Source: an uncultured delta proteobacterium (lineage in GTDB: Bacteria; Myxococcota_A; Polyangia; Polyangiales; Polyangiaceae). Taken from it: DNA of 64,000 nt. Below, in pieces: positions 34,032 to 43,274 of this stretch. The DNA lies in contig CAWDXG010000003.1 in NCBI GenBank assembly GCA_963806225.1, forward strand, positions 128,001 through 192,000, written 5' to 3'. The notes beneath the pieces are model-generated. The model saw only the letters and a program-made list of their open reading frames with translations, was not told where the DNA came from and did no database searches. Within the stretch, counting starts at the first letter, position 1. Every line of letters starts with the position of its first letter. The translations under genes and the position numbers were made by a program.

Positions 34032-34504
34032 GCAGCGAGCCCGAAGCCGGCAGCGACACCGGGGAGGCCGACGAGGACGAGCCGCGGCGGGGATACAACT
34101 GGAGACAGCACCTGCCCCGCCTGGTCCTGCTCGGCGGCCTGGCGGTGGCGGCGGTGGTGGTGGCGCCGACGATCCCCCGCGACCAGACGCTGGTGTTCCG
34201 GCTGGGCGAGGAGGTCCAGCCGGTCCACAGGTTGGAGGCGACGTGGACCCGGTACGGCCAGGAAGAGCCGACCGGCGGCGTCACACTCACTTTCCCGGAC
34301 CACGCGCCCAGCCGCGTGCGCCACCAGCTCCACGTGCCCAACGGACAATACGTGCTCGCCATCGTGCTCGAGCGCGCCGCCCCGGAGACAACTTCCCGCG
34401 GGCGCGCTAATCTGCCCCGCGAGCATACCGCACGGATCCGCTACGTCCGGCGCGTCGACCTCGAGGGCGGCGAGACACTTGTTCCGCTCTGGCAGGAGAA
34501 CTGA
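34028..34504 (+). CDS. Single-TM hypothetical protein
   Basis: ATGA overlap with the cytochrome gene, [17 protein letters not shown], beta-rich C-terminus. Confidence 0.7.
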   Translation: MSSEPEAGSDTGEADEDEPRRGYNWRQHLPRLVLLGGLAVAAVVVAPTIPRDQTLVFRLGEEVQPVHRLEATWTRYGQEEPTGGVTLTFPDHAPSRVRHQLHVPNGQYVLAIVLERAAPETTSRGRANLPREHTARIRYVRRVDLEGGETLVPLWQEN

Positions 34505-34505
34505 C

Positions 34506-35855
34506 GTGAGTCAACCATCGGAGATCGCCACGCGCGCGGCGCGCTCGAACGACGCCCTCCCGGAGGAGCTGGTCCTGGTGGTGGTCAGCGGGCAGGCGCG
34601 CGGTCGGCGTGTGAAGGTCCAGGATCGCATGCGCATCGGCAAGGCGCCGGACAACGATCTGGTCCTGCCCGACGACACCGTCTCCCGCCACCACTGCGAG
34701 CTGCAGCGCGGCAAGGCGGGCATCGTGGTGCGCGACCTCGGCTCCACCAACCACACGCGCGTCGGACGCACCACGGTGCGCGAAGCCACCGTGGAGCCAG
34801 GCTCTACGCTCACCGTCGGCGATGTGGAGCTCATCCTGCGCTCCGAGCTCAATCGGGCGCAGATCCTGCCCAGCGAGTCCGACCGCTTCGGCGAAACGCT
34901 CGGCACCAGCCTGGCGATGCGCAGCATCTTCGGCATCCTCGAGCGCATCGCGCCCACGGACGCAGCGGTGCTCCTCGAAGGCGAGACCGGCACCGGCAAG
35001 GATGTCATCGCCCGGGCCGTCCATGAACAAAGCCCACGCAGCGGACAGCCCTTCGTGGTCGTCGATTGCGGTGCGGTCAGCTACAACCTGATCGAGAGCG
35101 AGCTGTTCGGCCATGAGCGCGGCGCCTTCACCGGGGCGGTCGCTTCGCGCCAGGGCGCGTTCGAGACGGCCGGACGGGGTAGCCTGTTCCTCGACGAGGT
35201 CGGCGAGCTGCCCCTCGACGTGCAACCGAAGCTGCTCAGGGTGCTCGAGTCCGGCGAGTTCCGCCGGGTCGGCGGCAACCGGACGTTGCGCGCCGAAGCG
35301 CGCATCATCGCGGCCACCAAACGTGACCTGAAACTGGAGGTCGAGCGCGGGAAATTCCGGGAGGATCTCTACTTCCGCCTCGCGGTGGTTCCCATCAGCG
35401 TGCCGCCGCTCAGGACGCGGCGCGAGGACATCCCCGCGCTCGTGGAGCACTTCCTGGCGCTCGCCCGCAAGCGCGACCCTGCCGCCGCGGACATCACGCT
35501 CTCACCGGGTACCGTCGCCGCGCTGTCGGCACACGACTGGCCGGGCAACGTGCGGGAGCTGCGTAACGTGCTGGACCGCGCCATCTACATCGCGACGGCA
35601 AGCGGCGACAAGGAGCTGAGGCTGGTGGATCTGCCGGTGTCGGCCTCCGCGGGGTCGAAAGCACCGGACACGTTGTCGTTCTCGCCGGCACAGAGCTACC
35701 GCGAGACGCGCGCTGCGTACGAGGCGGACTTCGAGCAACGCTATGTGGCGTGGCTGCTCGCGCGCCACAAGGGAAACATCAGCGCGGCCGCCCGCGAAGC
35801 GCGCATGGACCGCAAGCACCTGTACGACCTGGCACGCAAGCACGGGCTGCGCTGA
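34506..35855 (+). CDS. FHA-domain sigma54-dependent enhancer-binding protein
   Basis: FHA (IGK...VSRHH...DLGSTN), [29 protein letters not shown], Fis-type HTH. Confidence 0.95.
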   Translation: MSQPSEIATRAARSNDALPEELVLVVVSGQARGRRVKVQDRMRIGKAPDNDLVLPDDTVSRHHCELQRGKAGIVVRDLGSTNHTRVGRTTVREATVEPGSTLTVGDVELILRSELNRAQILPSESDRFGETLGTSLAMRSIFGILERIAPTDAAVLLEGETGTGKDVIARAVHEQSPRSGQPFVVVDCGAVSYNLIESELFGHERGAFTGAVASRQGAFETAGRGSLFLDEVGELPLDVQPKLLRVLESGEFRRVGGNRTLRAEARIIAATKRDLKLEVERGKFREDLYFRLAVVPISVPPLRTRREDIPALVEHFLALARKRDPAAADITLSPGTVAALSAHDWPGNVRELRNVLDRAIYIATASGDKELRLVDLPVSASAGSKAPDTLSFSPAQSYRETRAAYEADFEQRYVAWLLARHKGNISAAAREARMDRKHLYDLARKHGLR

Positions 35856-35861
35856 GCCGCG

Positions 35862-37077
35862 TCAACGCGAACAGGGCGCGGTCGGCGCGTCGACGTGCCG
35901 GGCGAGTGGGGCCATCGTACTGCCGATGAGCACCCCGCCGGCGAAATACGACGCCGAGTCGGAGTCGGGCAGGATGTCGTACGTCGCATCGTGCGTGTAG
36001 GGCTCCAGACGCACGTCCGTGATGCGGACTCCGTCGAGGCGCGCGCCGCGACGGAGATCGCCGAACGTTCGACCGTCGGTTGTGGGATGCGCCGGGCTGA
36101 TCTCGAGCACGCTGCCCGTGGCCAACACGACGCGAACAACGAAGTGGTGATGCGCCGGAACCGAGTGCACCGCCAGTAGCGGCACCGTGACCACACGGCC
36201 GTGGTCGACGCTGTAGACCAGAATCGCCGGCGCGAAGCGACGCGATGGGACGGTCGCCCGAAGGGGTCGCGATGGGCGTGTCCGGCGAGGCGCAGACACA
36301 GGTGGCGCATCCCTGCGGGCAGGTTCCACCCGCAGTCGCCTTGACGCATGTGGTGACGGTGAAATTCTGCTGGTAGGTGCAGCAGATCTCGCCCTGACTG
36401 CAGCACTCCGAACCACAGCAGAGCCCGTTCTTGCAGGTCGTTCCGCTCTGGCACGGAGGCGTCCCGCATGTGCCGTTGTGACAGTACGGGAACGAGCCGG
36501 TGCACTTGTGCCCGCAGCCGCCGCAGTTGTTGATGTCGTTGTCCAGGTTGACGCAGGTGCTGTTGCAGCAGTCGAACTGGCACACCTGGCTGCACGAGCC
36601 GCCCGCGCCGCCGCTGCCCGCCGTACCGCCGCTGCCCGCCGTGCCGCCGCTGCCCGCCGTGCCGCCGCTGCCCGCCGTGCCGCCGCTGCCGCCGCTACCC
36701 GCGCTGCTGTCGACGCCGCTGTCCGCCGTGCCGCCGCTGCCCGCCGTGCCGCCGCTGCCCGCCGTGCCGCCGCTGCCCGCCGTGCCGCCGCTGCCCGCCG
36801 TGCCGCCCGTCGCGGCGCCGCCCGCCGCGCCGCCCGTTGCGCCGCCCGTCGCGCCGCCGCCCGCCGCGCCGCCCGTTGCGCTGCCCGCCGTGCCGCCGCC
36901 GCCCGCCGCGCCGCTGCCGCCCGCCGCGCCGCTGCCGCCCGTTGCGCCGCTGCCGCCGCTACCCGCGCTGCTGTCGACGCCGCTGTCCGGACCGTTACCG
37001 GTCAGATCGGTGCTCGAGCTGCCGCACCCCACCGCCACGACGAACGCGCACACCATAGCGACAAGACCCCACCGCAT
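35862..37077 (-). CDS. Lipoprotein: Gly-rich linker, Cys-rich (STIG1-like) module, C-terminal Hint domain; frameshift near 36222
   Basis: Lipobox AVGC, CVNLDNDINNCGGCGHKC, Hint CASPDTPIATPSGDRPIASLRAGDLVYS...ISPAHP...TYDILPDSDSASYFAGGVLIGST after removing one T (GCGATTCTG to GCGATCTG). Confidence 0.85.
36600..36990 (-). repeat. 18-bp coding tandem repeats (GTAGSG) plus a duplicated block of about 43 bp (DSGVDSSAGSGGSG)
   Basis: GCCGCCGCTGCCCGCCGT units in two arrays. The block GCCGCTACCCGCGCTGCTGTCGACGCCGCTGTCC occurs twice. Confidence 0.85.
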
Positions 37078-37234
37078 TCTGTGAGGATACCACCACCGCG
37101 GCTCGACGGGCCCTCCCTCTGCGTTCCGTCCAGCCCGGAACCGTAGCCCCGGTTGACATGCCTCATGCCTATGGCGAGGCCGCCCGCAAGCGCCTACGCG
37201 AGCCCGGAAACACCGCGCCGCGCCGCCCTCCGAG

Positions 37235-38500
37235 CTAGAACTGTCCGCCGATGCCGAGGCCCCCGACGATCGCGAACGTATCGTCCGGCGCACGCCCAGC
37301 CCACGTGAACTGGTCGAGCTTCGTCTTGATCACGTCCAGGCTCGCCTCGGTCGACAGGCTCAGCAGCATGCCGGCAATGCGATCGCTCTTGTCCCCATTC
37401 CACGTGGCAATCAGCCGGCCGCCGCCGAGGAAGCTATGCAGCGGCGAGAGCTCGCGGTCACCCGTCCAGTACTGGCCGCGCGGGCCGTTGACAGGCTCGC
37501 CGCCGGTGTAGTCGTCACTCCAGAACAGCGCGCCCGTCTGCGTGTAGAACCGCCCGCGCAGCTTCAGCCTGAGCCACGACAGCATGTAGCGCTCCGCGTT
37601 GATCTCGTAGGTCTGGCTGAGGATGTCCCAGGTGTCGCGGTAGATGCGCGCGTCGATGCCGAAAGCAGTAGCGAGCGGCTTGACGTAGTACTTGGCGCGG
37701 AGCGCCGCCGCAGCCCGGGCGCGATTGCCGGGATGGTGCTCCTGGGCGGCGCTGCCAGCTGCCGAGATCACGACCGAGCGATACGGATTGCTCAAGAAGC
37801 CGTGCTGCAGCTGTCCGCTGAACACCAGCTGCGTCGTGAACAGCGGCGTCCAGCTCTGCGTCCAGCCGATCTGGAAGCTGTCGAGATCGATCGGCATCAG
37901 CCGGCGGGTCTTCACGCCGGTGAAGCACCCCTTCGAGCTGTCGAGACGGGGCCGCAGTGTAGGCGAGAGGGTGTCGGCGTAGTTGACGTTGCACACCTTG
38001 TCGAAGCCGCGCCCGTACGACAGCTCGATCTGCGTGTTTTTCTGGAAGAAGTCACTGCCGGCGTTGACCGTGAACGAGTTCGATCGGTAGTCGTGCTCCG
38101 TGCCGTAGGTGTAGCTCGCTCCCAGATGCGTGTGCTTGCGCGTGATGGTGAAGCCGCCGTTCACCACGTGCCTGAAGTCGTGGACCGACGCGGCGGACAC
38201 CACGTCCGGCGGCGATGACGGGCCGGCTTTCACAGCCTCGCTGGCGCCGGACACGATGTCCGCCTCGTAACCGGCGTTCACGCTGAGGAACTCCCACGGC
38301 GACACCTTGAGCTGTACCGATGGTGTCAGCACGGTCATCTTGCTCGTCGGGGACGGCTCGTGGAAGACCGTCGCACGCAGCCGCGTGTCGACGACCTGCG
38401 CCCGCGCGCGCACCGGCACGAGCAGCGATACGAACGCGAGCACCAGCGCCGCGAACGCAGGGCCCGTGCGGCTCCACAGGGTCTGGCGGAGCGCCGTCAT
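37235..38500 (-). CDS. DUF3570-family outer-membrane beta-barrel protein
   Basis: Signal peptide ARA-Q, DIVSGAS, TEHDYRS, GFLSNPYR, YRDTWDI, terminal Phe, adjacent to DUF4266. Confidence 0.82.
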   Translation of the reverse strand: MTALRQTLWSRTGPAFAALVLAFVSLLVPVRARAQVVDTRLRATVFHEPSPTSKMTVLTPSVQLKVSPWEFLSVNAGYEADIVSGASEAVKAGPSSPPDVVSAASVHDFRHVVNGGFTITRKHTHLGASYTYGTEHDYRSNSFTVNAGSDFFQKNTQIELSYGRGFDKVCNVNYADTLSPTLRPRLDSSKGCFTGVKTRRLMPIDLDSFQIGWTQSWTPLFTTQLVFSGQLQHGFLSNPYRSVVISAAGSAAQEHHPGNRARAAAALRAKYYVKPLATAFGIDARIYRDTWDILSQTYEINAERYMLSWLRLKLRGRFYTQTGALFWSDDYTGGEPVNGPRGQYWTGDRELSPLHSFLGGGRLIATWNGDKSDRIAGMLLSLSTEASLDVIKTKLDQFTWAGRAPDDTFAIVGGLGIGGQF

Positions 38501-38536
38501 CAGCCTGGATCCCGACTTCCGGTCATGGTGCCCACA

Positions 38537-38803
38537 TCAGTTGCAGCCGCAGCCGCCTCCCTGCACCGAGCCGCCGCCGTAGGCGCCTTCCCGGTTCTCG
38601 AGCACGTGTTGGAGCGCGGCTTCTTCCCCGGGGTCGTTCTGGAACTGCATGACCGGATCGGCCAGGACCGCACGCTGCTCGGGACGCACCGTCGCGCAAC
38701 CGCCCAGCGCGAGCAGCGCGAGGCACAGCATAGGCATCAGCAGCCACACCACAGCGCGACCGGTTCCGCGGACGGGAGGACTGGTGGGGTTGTCGATTTG
38801 CAC
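38537..38803 (-). CDS. DUF4266-family small lipoprotein
   Basis: LGGCATVRPEQRAVLADPVM...REGAYGG...GGGCGCN C-terminus. Alternative ATG at 38737. Confidence 0.88.
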   Translation of the reverse strand: MQIDNPTSPPVRGTGRAVVWLLMPMLCLALLALGGCATVRPEQRAVLADPVMQFQNDPGEEAALQHVLENREGAYGGGSVQGGGCGCN

Positions 38804-38815
38804 TGTGATCTCCCT

Positions 38816-39577
38816 CTAGAAGTACGTGCCAAGCCCACCGATGTAGCTCTGCACGTTCTTGTACGAGTCCTCCGTGAACACGATCGTATTGGTCGCCTCG
38901 AAGCGGAACAGGATCCTCCAGCGCAGCGACACCAGGAGCCCCCCGCCGGCGCGCGCCTGGAAGAAGTTCCGCGGCGACTGATGGAGATTCGCGCTCGGCT
39001 GATCGCGCAGGCCGCCCGCGCCCAGGGTGACGTAGGGTGCGACCGCCCAGTCCGGCGCGAGATCCAGCGAAGCACCCAGACCGTAGACGAGACGGCGCGC
39101 GTCGGTCTGCATCGCCAGACCGATGTAGGGTTCGACCGACACTGCCGGCGCGAGCACCAGCGCGGGCTTGAATTCGACATAGCCGTCGCGGTCGAATACG
39201 CCGCCGCACAGCGCAAACCCACCGTGCGCCTCCTCCAGCGCCGGCGGTGCGAAGAAGCCGGGCTTGACGGCACCCTCCGGTGCCCCGGGGCCCGCGCCCA
39301 CCGTCTCGATAGTGTCGCCCAGGACGTAGCCCACGCGCCCGTCGGGCAGCACGACCTGCAACCAGAAGCCGGCACCGGCGCGCCCCTGGATCAGGAAGGT
39401 ATCGCCGCGGTGCGCATGATAGATGACGCGGTGGGAGACGCCCGGACCCGAACGCAGCGCGGTCTCGGCGACAATCACCCGCGCGAAGGCATCCACGTCG
39501 CTGTCGTCCTGCGCCCACGCAGGCAGCGCCGCACACAAAAGCGCCACGGCACACAGGATCGGGACCAGGGCTCTCAT
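38816..39577 (-). CDS. Secreted SH3-like domain plus small outer-membrane beta-barrel
   Basis: Signal AWA-Q, LRSGPG...GFWLQV...GRVGYV (SH3b), amphipathic strands, terminal YF. Confidence 0.75.
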   Translation of the reverse strand: MRALVPILCAVALLCAALPAWAQDDSDVDAFARVIVAETALRSGPGVSHRVIYHAHRGDTFLIQGRAGAGFWLQVVLPDGRVGYVLGDTIETVGAGPGAPEGAVKPGFFAPPALEEAHGGFALCGGVFDRDGYVEFKPALVLAPAVSVEPYIGLAMQTDARRLVYGLGASLDLAPDWAVAPYVTLGAGGLRDQPSANLHQSPRNFFQARAGGGLLVSLRWRILFRFEATNTIVFTEDSYKNVQSYIGGLGTYF

Positions 39578-40143
39578 TGACTCGAGAACTTCGTCGCCCA
39601 CTGCCGGATGATGTCGGCCTGGGGGCTGTTCGACTTGAAGATGACGCGCGGATGAGCCGCCACGCCCGTAGGTCTGTTGAGGAGCGCCGCCGTGTCCGGG
39701 TCGCGTTCCATCTTCGCCTCCGAGGTACGGTAGTTGTTCTCGGCTGCGACGGGAGGCGACTGGCCGGGAGCGGCGTTGTTGCCGCACGACTTGCCGACCA
39801 GAGGCGAGTAGTTGGTGAGCCGGTAGCTGGTCACGTTGAAGTGACAGCCACCCGACGCGTCCCCCTTCGACGGATCGCCCGAGCCGCAACGCATCTGGAA
39901 CAGCATCGGCTCGACCTTGCAGTAGAAGTAGTTCGAGTCGTAGACGACCTCGGCGATGCCGAAGTCCTGACCGGGGTCCACCGTGCTCGGGAAGAACCCG
40001 CTGTCGCCGCAGCCGACCACGAGCAGGCTGGCCAGCAGCAACACCAGCCGGCCGAGCGTCCTCGCGGCGCGGGACAGCGGGGATGCGCGTCGAAGCGTTG
40101 CGGGGACCACGGCCGAGCACGCTAACAAAGCCGCCCCGCGCAC
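39574..40143 (-). CDS. Lipoprotein with a possible atypical heme motif (CX13CH)
   Basis: Lipobox VVGC, FYCKVEP...RC(X13)CH...LLNRP...H. ATGA-type overlap with the next gene. Start uncertain. Confidence 0.7.
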   Translation of the reverse strand: MRGAALLACSAVVPATLRRASPLSRAARTLGRLVLLLASLLVVGCGDSGFFPSTVDPGQDFGIAEVVYDSNYFYCKVEPMLFQMRCGSGDPSKGDASGGCHFNVTSYRLTNYSPLVGKSCGNNAAPGQSPPVAAENNYRTSEAKMERDPDTAALLNRPTGVAAHPRVIFKSNSPQADIIRQWATKFSSQ

Positions 40144-40286
40144 GCGAGCTTGACGGATGTCGGGTCACCCGCTGTATGCCGCGGTCGGCTACATACCCAC
40201 ATAAATATGTCGCAGAGCGACAAGTCCCTTGAATGCCCCGGCTAGGCCCGCTAACAGTTGGCCCGCTTCACGCGCCAGTAGCATAC

Positions 40287-40316
40287 TGTCCTACATTGTC
40301 CTACGTCATCCTACCT
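40287..40316. promoter_or_regulatory. Three phased direct repeats (core TCCTAC, 10-bp period) in a divergent promoter region
   Basis: TGTCCTACAT TGTCCTACGT CATCCTACCT. Confidence 0.55.
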
Positions 40317-40374
40317 TGAGCACCGTGTGGGGGTTTCGCTCCGGGGTTTCCGCCCCGCCTCGCGGAGAAGCTGA

Positions 40375-40548
40375 ATGAAGCTGAATTTCTGGTACCTGGC
40401 TGCTCTGATTCCCCTCGCTCTGCTCGCCAGCGGCGCCTTCGGTGCGCAGATCGCTGTGCTCGGGCTCGCGCTAGGTATCTTTTTCGGCACACTATCGCTC
40501 GGCAAGTCGTCGCCCGGCGACGCGACGACCACGAATCCCGGCCACTGA
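40375..40548 (+). CDS. Unannotated 57-aa membrane protein (about 2 TM helices)
   Basis: GGAGAAG RBS, ATG...TGA, MKLNFWYLAALIPLALLASGAFGAQIAVLGLALGIFFGTLSLGKSSPGDATTTNPGH. Absent from the ORF track. Confidence 0.6.
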   Translation: MKLNFWYLAALIPLALLASGAFGAQIAVLGLALGIFFGTLSLGKSSPGDATTTNPGH

Positions 40549-40693
40549 CAACGCGCCGTGACGCCGGGCCCGCCAAGGTGATGGGCCACTGACTCCGCGC
40601 TCCGACAGCGAAGCTCCTCGTTCCAGCGAACGACCCGTAGCGTCCCAGGCGCCGGCTGCGCTGAAGCGCATCGACGAGCTGTCGCTGCACGAC

Positions 40694-41710
40694 GTGGAAG
40701 CGCTCAGGCTCATCCTGCGCGGAGGCTCCGTCGTGGACTGGCATCGCCTGAACTTCACGAGCCGCGAACCAGCGCGCCGCTTCATCGAGAACTACGAGCT
40801 CGACCCGGCCGACGCGGGTGACCGGGAGTTCATGGACCACATGAAGGCCGAGGCGATCAGCTACCTGCGTCGCAACTTCGCCTTCGCTATCCCGAAACCC
40901 GTCGAGCGCGCCAGCATCGAGGATCTGCTCGTGATGGCCTCGGGCAAGGGCCACCGGCAGCTGTGCGCCTGTACGATCCTCAAGTCGGTCCAGATCATCA
41001 ACCACATGGCGGGGCGCGAGCTATTGTTCCGCTTGCCCGTGAGCGACCGGGATCTGTTCCACTTCGTGGAGGAGAAGGTCTACCGCGTCGTCGGCACGAT
41101 GCTGAGCGAAGGCTTCCCGATCACGGAGTTCATCGGGGGCCGCAAGAACCTCGACTCGACGTACACCAAGCTCCTGTCCAAACCGGAAGCGACCGCCGCG
41201 GCCCTGTACGACAAGCTCCGATTCCGCATCGTCACGCGCACGCGCGACCACATCCTGCCCGTGCTGGCGTATCTGACCGAGCGGCTGTTTCCGTTCAACT
41301 ACGTGGTGCCGAACGAGAGCACGAACACGATCTTCCATTTCCGGAGCTACTGCGAAACGCATCCTCACCTGCGCAAGATGGTCGACCGGTTCCAGGGCGA
41401 GCTCGACGACGAGCTGACGCCCGGAGACAACCGCTTCAGCGCGGCCAGCTACCGCGTGATCCATTTCGTGACGGACGTGCCGGTGCGCGTGCCGCCGCAC
41501 ATCATGGAGCTAGCTCCGCCCGGCTCCGAGAACCTCGGACCCATCGTCTACATGCTGTGCGAGTTCCAGCTGCTGGACGCCGAAACCGAGGCCGCCAACG
41601 AGTCGGGCGACGCGAGCCACGAAGCGTACAAGCAGCGCCAGCGCGAGGCGGTGTTCGGCCGCCTGAGGCTGGGGGCACGCCCCGCGCGCTCGCCCAAGCG
41701 CTCTCGCTAG
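40694..41710 (+). CDS. TIGR04552-family protein (RelA/SpoT synthetase-like nucleotidyltransferase fold)
   Basis: LRGGSVVDW N-terminus, KNLDSTYTKLL, YDKLRFRIVT, FPFNYVVP, SYRVIHF, EFQLLD. The frame is open back to about 40562 and the true start is probably upstream of 40694. Confidence 0.82.
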   Translation: MEALRLILRGGSVVDWHRLNFTSREPARRFIENYELDPADAGDREFMDHMKAEAISYLRRNFAFAIPKPVERASIEDLLVMASGKGHRQLCACTILKSVQIINHMAGRELLFRLPVSDRDLFHFVEEKVYRVVGTMLSEGFPITEFIGGRKNLDSTYTKLLSKPEATAAALYDKLRFRIVTRTRDHILPVLAYLTERLFPFNYVVPNESTNTIFHFRSYCETHPHLRKMVDRFQGELDDELTPGDNRFSAASYRVIHFVTDVPVRVPPHIMELAPPGSENLGPIVYMLCEFQLLDAETEAANESGDASHEAYKQRQREAVFGRLRLGARPARSPKRSR

Positions 41711-41791
41711 GCCGGCGGGCGCAGGAATTCGCCCAGCACACGCCAGATTCTACGTGCCTCGGGGCCGCACAACGGGTACGGATCCCCCATC

Positions 41792-42301
41792 ATGCGGCTG
41801 TACAGCGCCAAGGTGCCCCAGGTTGCCTCCGAAATCGTCGCTGCACTCACGGCCGAGGGCGACATCGAGTGCCAGGCCCCCAAGGAGGTCAAGCTCGATG
41901 TCGAGGCCGTGCTGAACCAGTACGTGAGCGACGAGCAGGAGGTCAACGACCGCGCGCGGGACATGGCCGCCCAGCGCAATCTGCCGCCGAGCGAGCTGGG
42001 CCGTCTCAGGCGGCTGCTCGCCTCCGAGAAGGGCATCAAGCTCGGCGAAGAGGCCATCGACTATCTGCTCGACCAGCTGCTGGAAATGCTCATGCACTCC
42101 GGCAACGTCGAAGAGATCTACTCCGAGGACGTCGAACTGCGCCGCAAGATGCGCGCTCCGCTGCGCAAGCAGGAGCAGGCCGAGGACGAGCTGGCCCAGG
42201 AGGTGCGCGGGCGGCTCAAGCACGTCAAGGAAGGCACCAGCATGTGGGAGATCGAGTACCGGCGCATGATGGACGACATCAAGCGCCGCAAGGGCCTCTG
42301 A
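41792..42301 (+). CDS. DUF507-family protein
   Basis: MRLYSAKV...EGTSMWEIEY...IKRRKGL. Confidence 0.78.
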   Translation: MRLYSAKVPQVASEIVAALTAEGDIECQAPKEVKLDVEAVLNQYVSDEQEVNDRARDMAAQRNLPPSELGRLRRLLASEKGIKLGEEAIDYLLDQLLEMLMHSGNVEEIYSEDVELRRKMRAPLRKQEQAEDELAQEVRGRLKHVKEGTSMWEIEYRRMMDDIKRRKGL

Positions 42302-42323
42302 CAGAGGCGCCGGACGCTCTCGC

Positions 42324-43274
42324 ATGGCGCGCTACCTGGTCACCGGCGGCGCGGGCTTCATCGGCTCGAATCTGGTGCTGGCGCTGGCTCGCGCGGGCGA
42401 GCGGGTGCGGGTGGTCGACGACCTTTCCTTCGGCAGCTGGGACAACCTCGACGGCACCGACCCGGAGCAGGTGGAGCGCATCACCGGCGACGTGCGCGAC
42501 GCCGAGCTGATGGCGCGCGCATGCGCCGGGGTGGAAGTCGTGTTCCACGAAGCGGCGATCGGCTCGGTCCCGATCAGTGTCGAAGATCCGGTGCGCGCCG
42601 ACTCGGTGAACGTGGGAGGCACCGTCGCCATGCTGGATGCAGCGCGGCACGCCGGAGTCCGGAGGGTGATCTTCGCGGCATCCGCCGCGGCGTATGGCGA
42701 TCTGCCAGGCCTGCCCAAGCGCGAGGACATGCCGACAGCGCCGCTGTCCCCGTACGCCGTGAGCAAGCTCGCGGCCGAGCAGTACCTGAGCGTGTTCGCG
42801 TCGCTGTACGGCATGGAGACGCTCAGTCTCCGCTATTTCAATGTCTTCGGCCCGCATCAGCGACCCGACGGCGCCTACGCGGCGGCCATTCCGCGCTTTG
42901 CGTGGGCCGCGCTCACGGGCGAGCAGCTGACCGTGTTCGGCGACGGTGAGACCACGCGCGATTTCTGCTTCATCGACAACGTCGTGGCGGCCAACCTGGC
43001 GGCGGCCCAGAGCCCGCGGCGGCTGACCGGAGAAGTCGTGAACGTGGCCACGGGAACGCGCGTGTCGCTGAACCAGGTGGTAGCCGAGCTCGGCAGCGTG
43101 CTCGCCAAGAAGCTCGACGTGACCCACACGGACCCACGCCCAGGCGACGTCCGGAACTCCGTCGCCGCCATCGACAAGGCGCGCGAGCTTCTGGGCTACG
43201 AGCCGAAGGTGGATTGGAAGCAGGGGCTCGCGCCCACGGTGGAGTACCTGCGTGGGCTCGGGGCAGGCTCGTGA
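42324..43274 (+). CDS. Extended SDR NAD-dependent nucleotide-sugar epimerase/dehydratase
   Basis: TGGAGFIG, YAVSK, LRYFNVFGP, GDGETTRDF. Confidence 0.93.
   Translation: MARYLVTGGAGFIGSNLVLALARAGERVRVVDDLSFGSWDNLDGTDPEQVERITGDVRDAELMARACAGVEVVFHEAAIGSVPISVEDPVRADSVNVGGTVAMLDAARHAGVRRVIFAASAAAYGDLPGLPKREDMPTAPLSPYAVSKLAAEQYLSVFASLYGMETLSLRYFNVFGPHQRPDGAYAAAIPRFAWAALTGEQLTVFGDGETTRDFCFIDNVVAANLAAAQSPRRLTGEVVNVATGTRVSLNQVVAELGSVLAKKLDVTHTDPRPGDVRNSVAAIDKARELLGYEPKVDWKQGLAPTVEYLRGLGAGS

Noticed and set aside
36600..36990. Repeat array as a CRISPR or non-coding element
   Set aside because: It encodes the Gly-rich stalk of the Hint lipoprotein and has no spacers.
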